The notes beneath the pieces are model-generated. The model was not told the DNA's origin. It did no database searches and saw only the letters and a list, made by a program, of their open reading frames with translations. A DNA stretch of 64,000 nt, taken from the NCBI GenBank assembly GCA_032718475.1, contig JAUCBJ010008006.1:12835-76834 (forward strand), in the 5' to 3' direction. Numbering within the stretch: the first letter of the stretch is position 1; each line of letters starts with the position of its first letter. The DNA is from Nemertoderma westbladi (taxonomy: Eukaryota > Animalia > Xenacoelomorpha). This document shows positions 62,836-64,000 of the stretch, piece by piece. Both the position numbers and the translations under genes were made by a program.

Positions 62836-64000
62836 TCACATCTTCCCACAGTCCCATCAACCTTCCCACCTTCCTACAATCCCATGAACCTTCCCATCTT
62901 CCCACCCAGCCACCATCCCACATTCCCATCCACCTCCCCACATTCCCACCCACCTTCCCACATTCCTATCTTCCTACATTACCATCCACCTTCCCACATT
63001 CTCATCCATCGTACCATCTTCCCACATTCCCATCCACCTTCCCACATTCCCATCTTCCTACAATCCCATCCACTTTCCCACATTCCGATCCACCTTACCA
63101 CATTCCCATCTTGCCACATTCCCATCTTCCTCATTCCCACCCACCTTCCCATCTCCCCCACCTCCCCACATTCCCATCTTCCTACAATCCCATCCACTTT
63201 CCCACATCCCCACCCACCTTCCCATCTTCCCACATTCCCATCCACCTTCCCATCTTCCTACATTCCCATCTTCTCACATTCCCATCCAACTTCCCACATT
63301 CCCATCTTCCTAATTCCCTCCCACCTTTCCACATTCCCATCTTCCCATCCACCTTCCCAAATTCTCATCTTCCCACATTCCCATCTTCCTACATTCTCAC
63401 CCACCTTCCCACATTCCCATCTACCTTCCCACCTTCCTACATTCCCAACCACCTTCCCACATTCCCATCCACCTTCCCACATTCCCATCCACCTTCCCAA
63501 ATTCCAATCCACCTTCCAACATTCCCATCCACCTTCCCACATTCCCATCTTCCTACATTCCCATCCAGCTTCCCACATTCCTCATTCCCACCCACCTTCC
63601 CACATTCCCATCTTCCTACATTCCAATCCACCTTCCTACATTCCCATCTTCCTACATTCCCACCCACCTTCCCACATTTCCATCCACCTCCCCATATTCC
63701 CACATTCCAACCACCTTCCTACATTCTTACCTTCCTACATTCCCATCAACCTTCCCACATTCCCATCTTCCTACATTCCCATCTTCTCACATTCCCATCC
63801 AACTTCCCACATTCCCATCTTCCTAATTCCCTCCCACCTTTCCACATTCCCATCTTCCCATCCACCTTCCCAAATTCTCATCTTCCCACATTCCCATCTT
63901 CCTACATTCTCACCCACCTTCCCACATTCCCATCTACCTTCCCACCTTCCTACATTCCCAACCACCTTCCCACATTCCCATCCACCTTCCCACATTCCCA
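62836..64000 (-). repeat. Inverted copy of the G-rich array (TTCCCACATTCCCATC on +), runs off the window
   Basis: Reverse complement of the 60802-61533 motif. Confidence 0.95.

Noticed and set aside
54352-63995. Numerous ORFs in the terminal satellites; G-rich arrays as telomeric repeats
   Set aside because: Repeat translations; the units are irregular and not TTAGGG or TTAGG

Overview
Repeat-rich eukaryotic (invertebrate-animal-like) DNA. The main feature is an 18.3-kb BEL/Pao LTR retrotransposon at 5385-23681, with 1167-bp LTRs that differ at only about 3 positions by eye and a GAATG target-site duplication. Its gag-pol is broken by three frameshifts and one stop. In the env position it carries an intact 1295-aa ORF3 with a WRN/EXD/Mut-7-like DEDDy 3'-5' exonuclease domain and CCHC zinc knuckles. 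It has no tRNA primer-binding site; the 11 nt after the 5' LTR are exactly complementary to an 11-mer inside the LTR, which suggests Tf1-like self-priming. The window also holds two copies of a tRNA-derived head fused to a minimal type I hammerhead ribozyme, a five-exon minus-strand host gene (~1,760 aa, C2HC zinc fingers and AT-hooks), and a 5'-truncated L2-like LINE with an in-frame Pro-rich insert nested in an old BEL remnant. The rest is a Mutator-like foldback element, LINE/SINE fragments and many satellites (59, 50, 20, 24/28, 315, 32/22 and 67 bp units, plus inverted G-rich arrays). Domain calls are by-eye motif recognition, not database searches.
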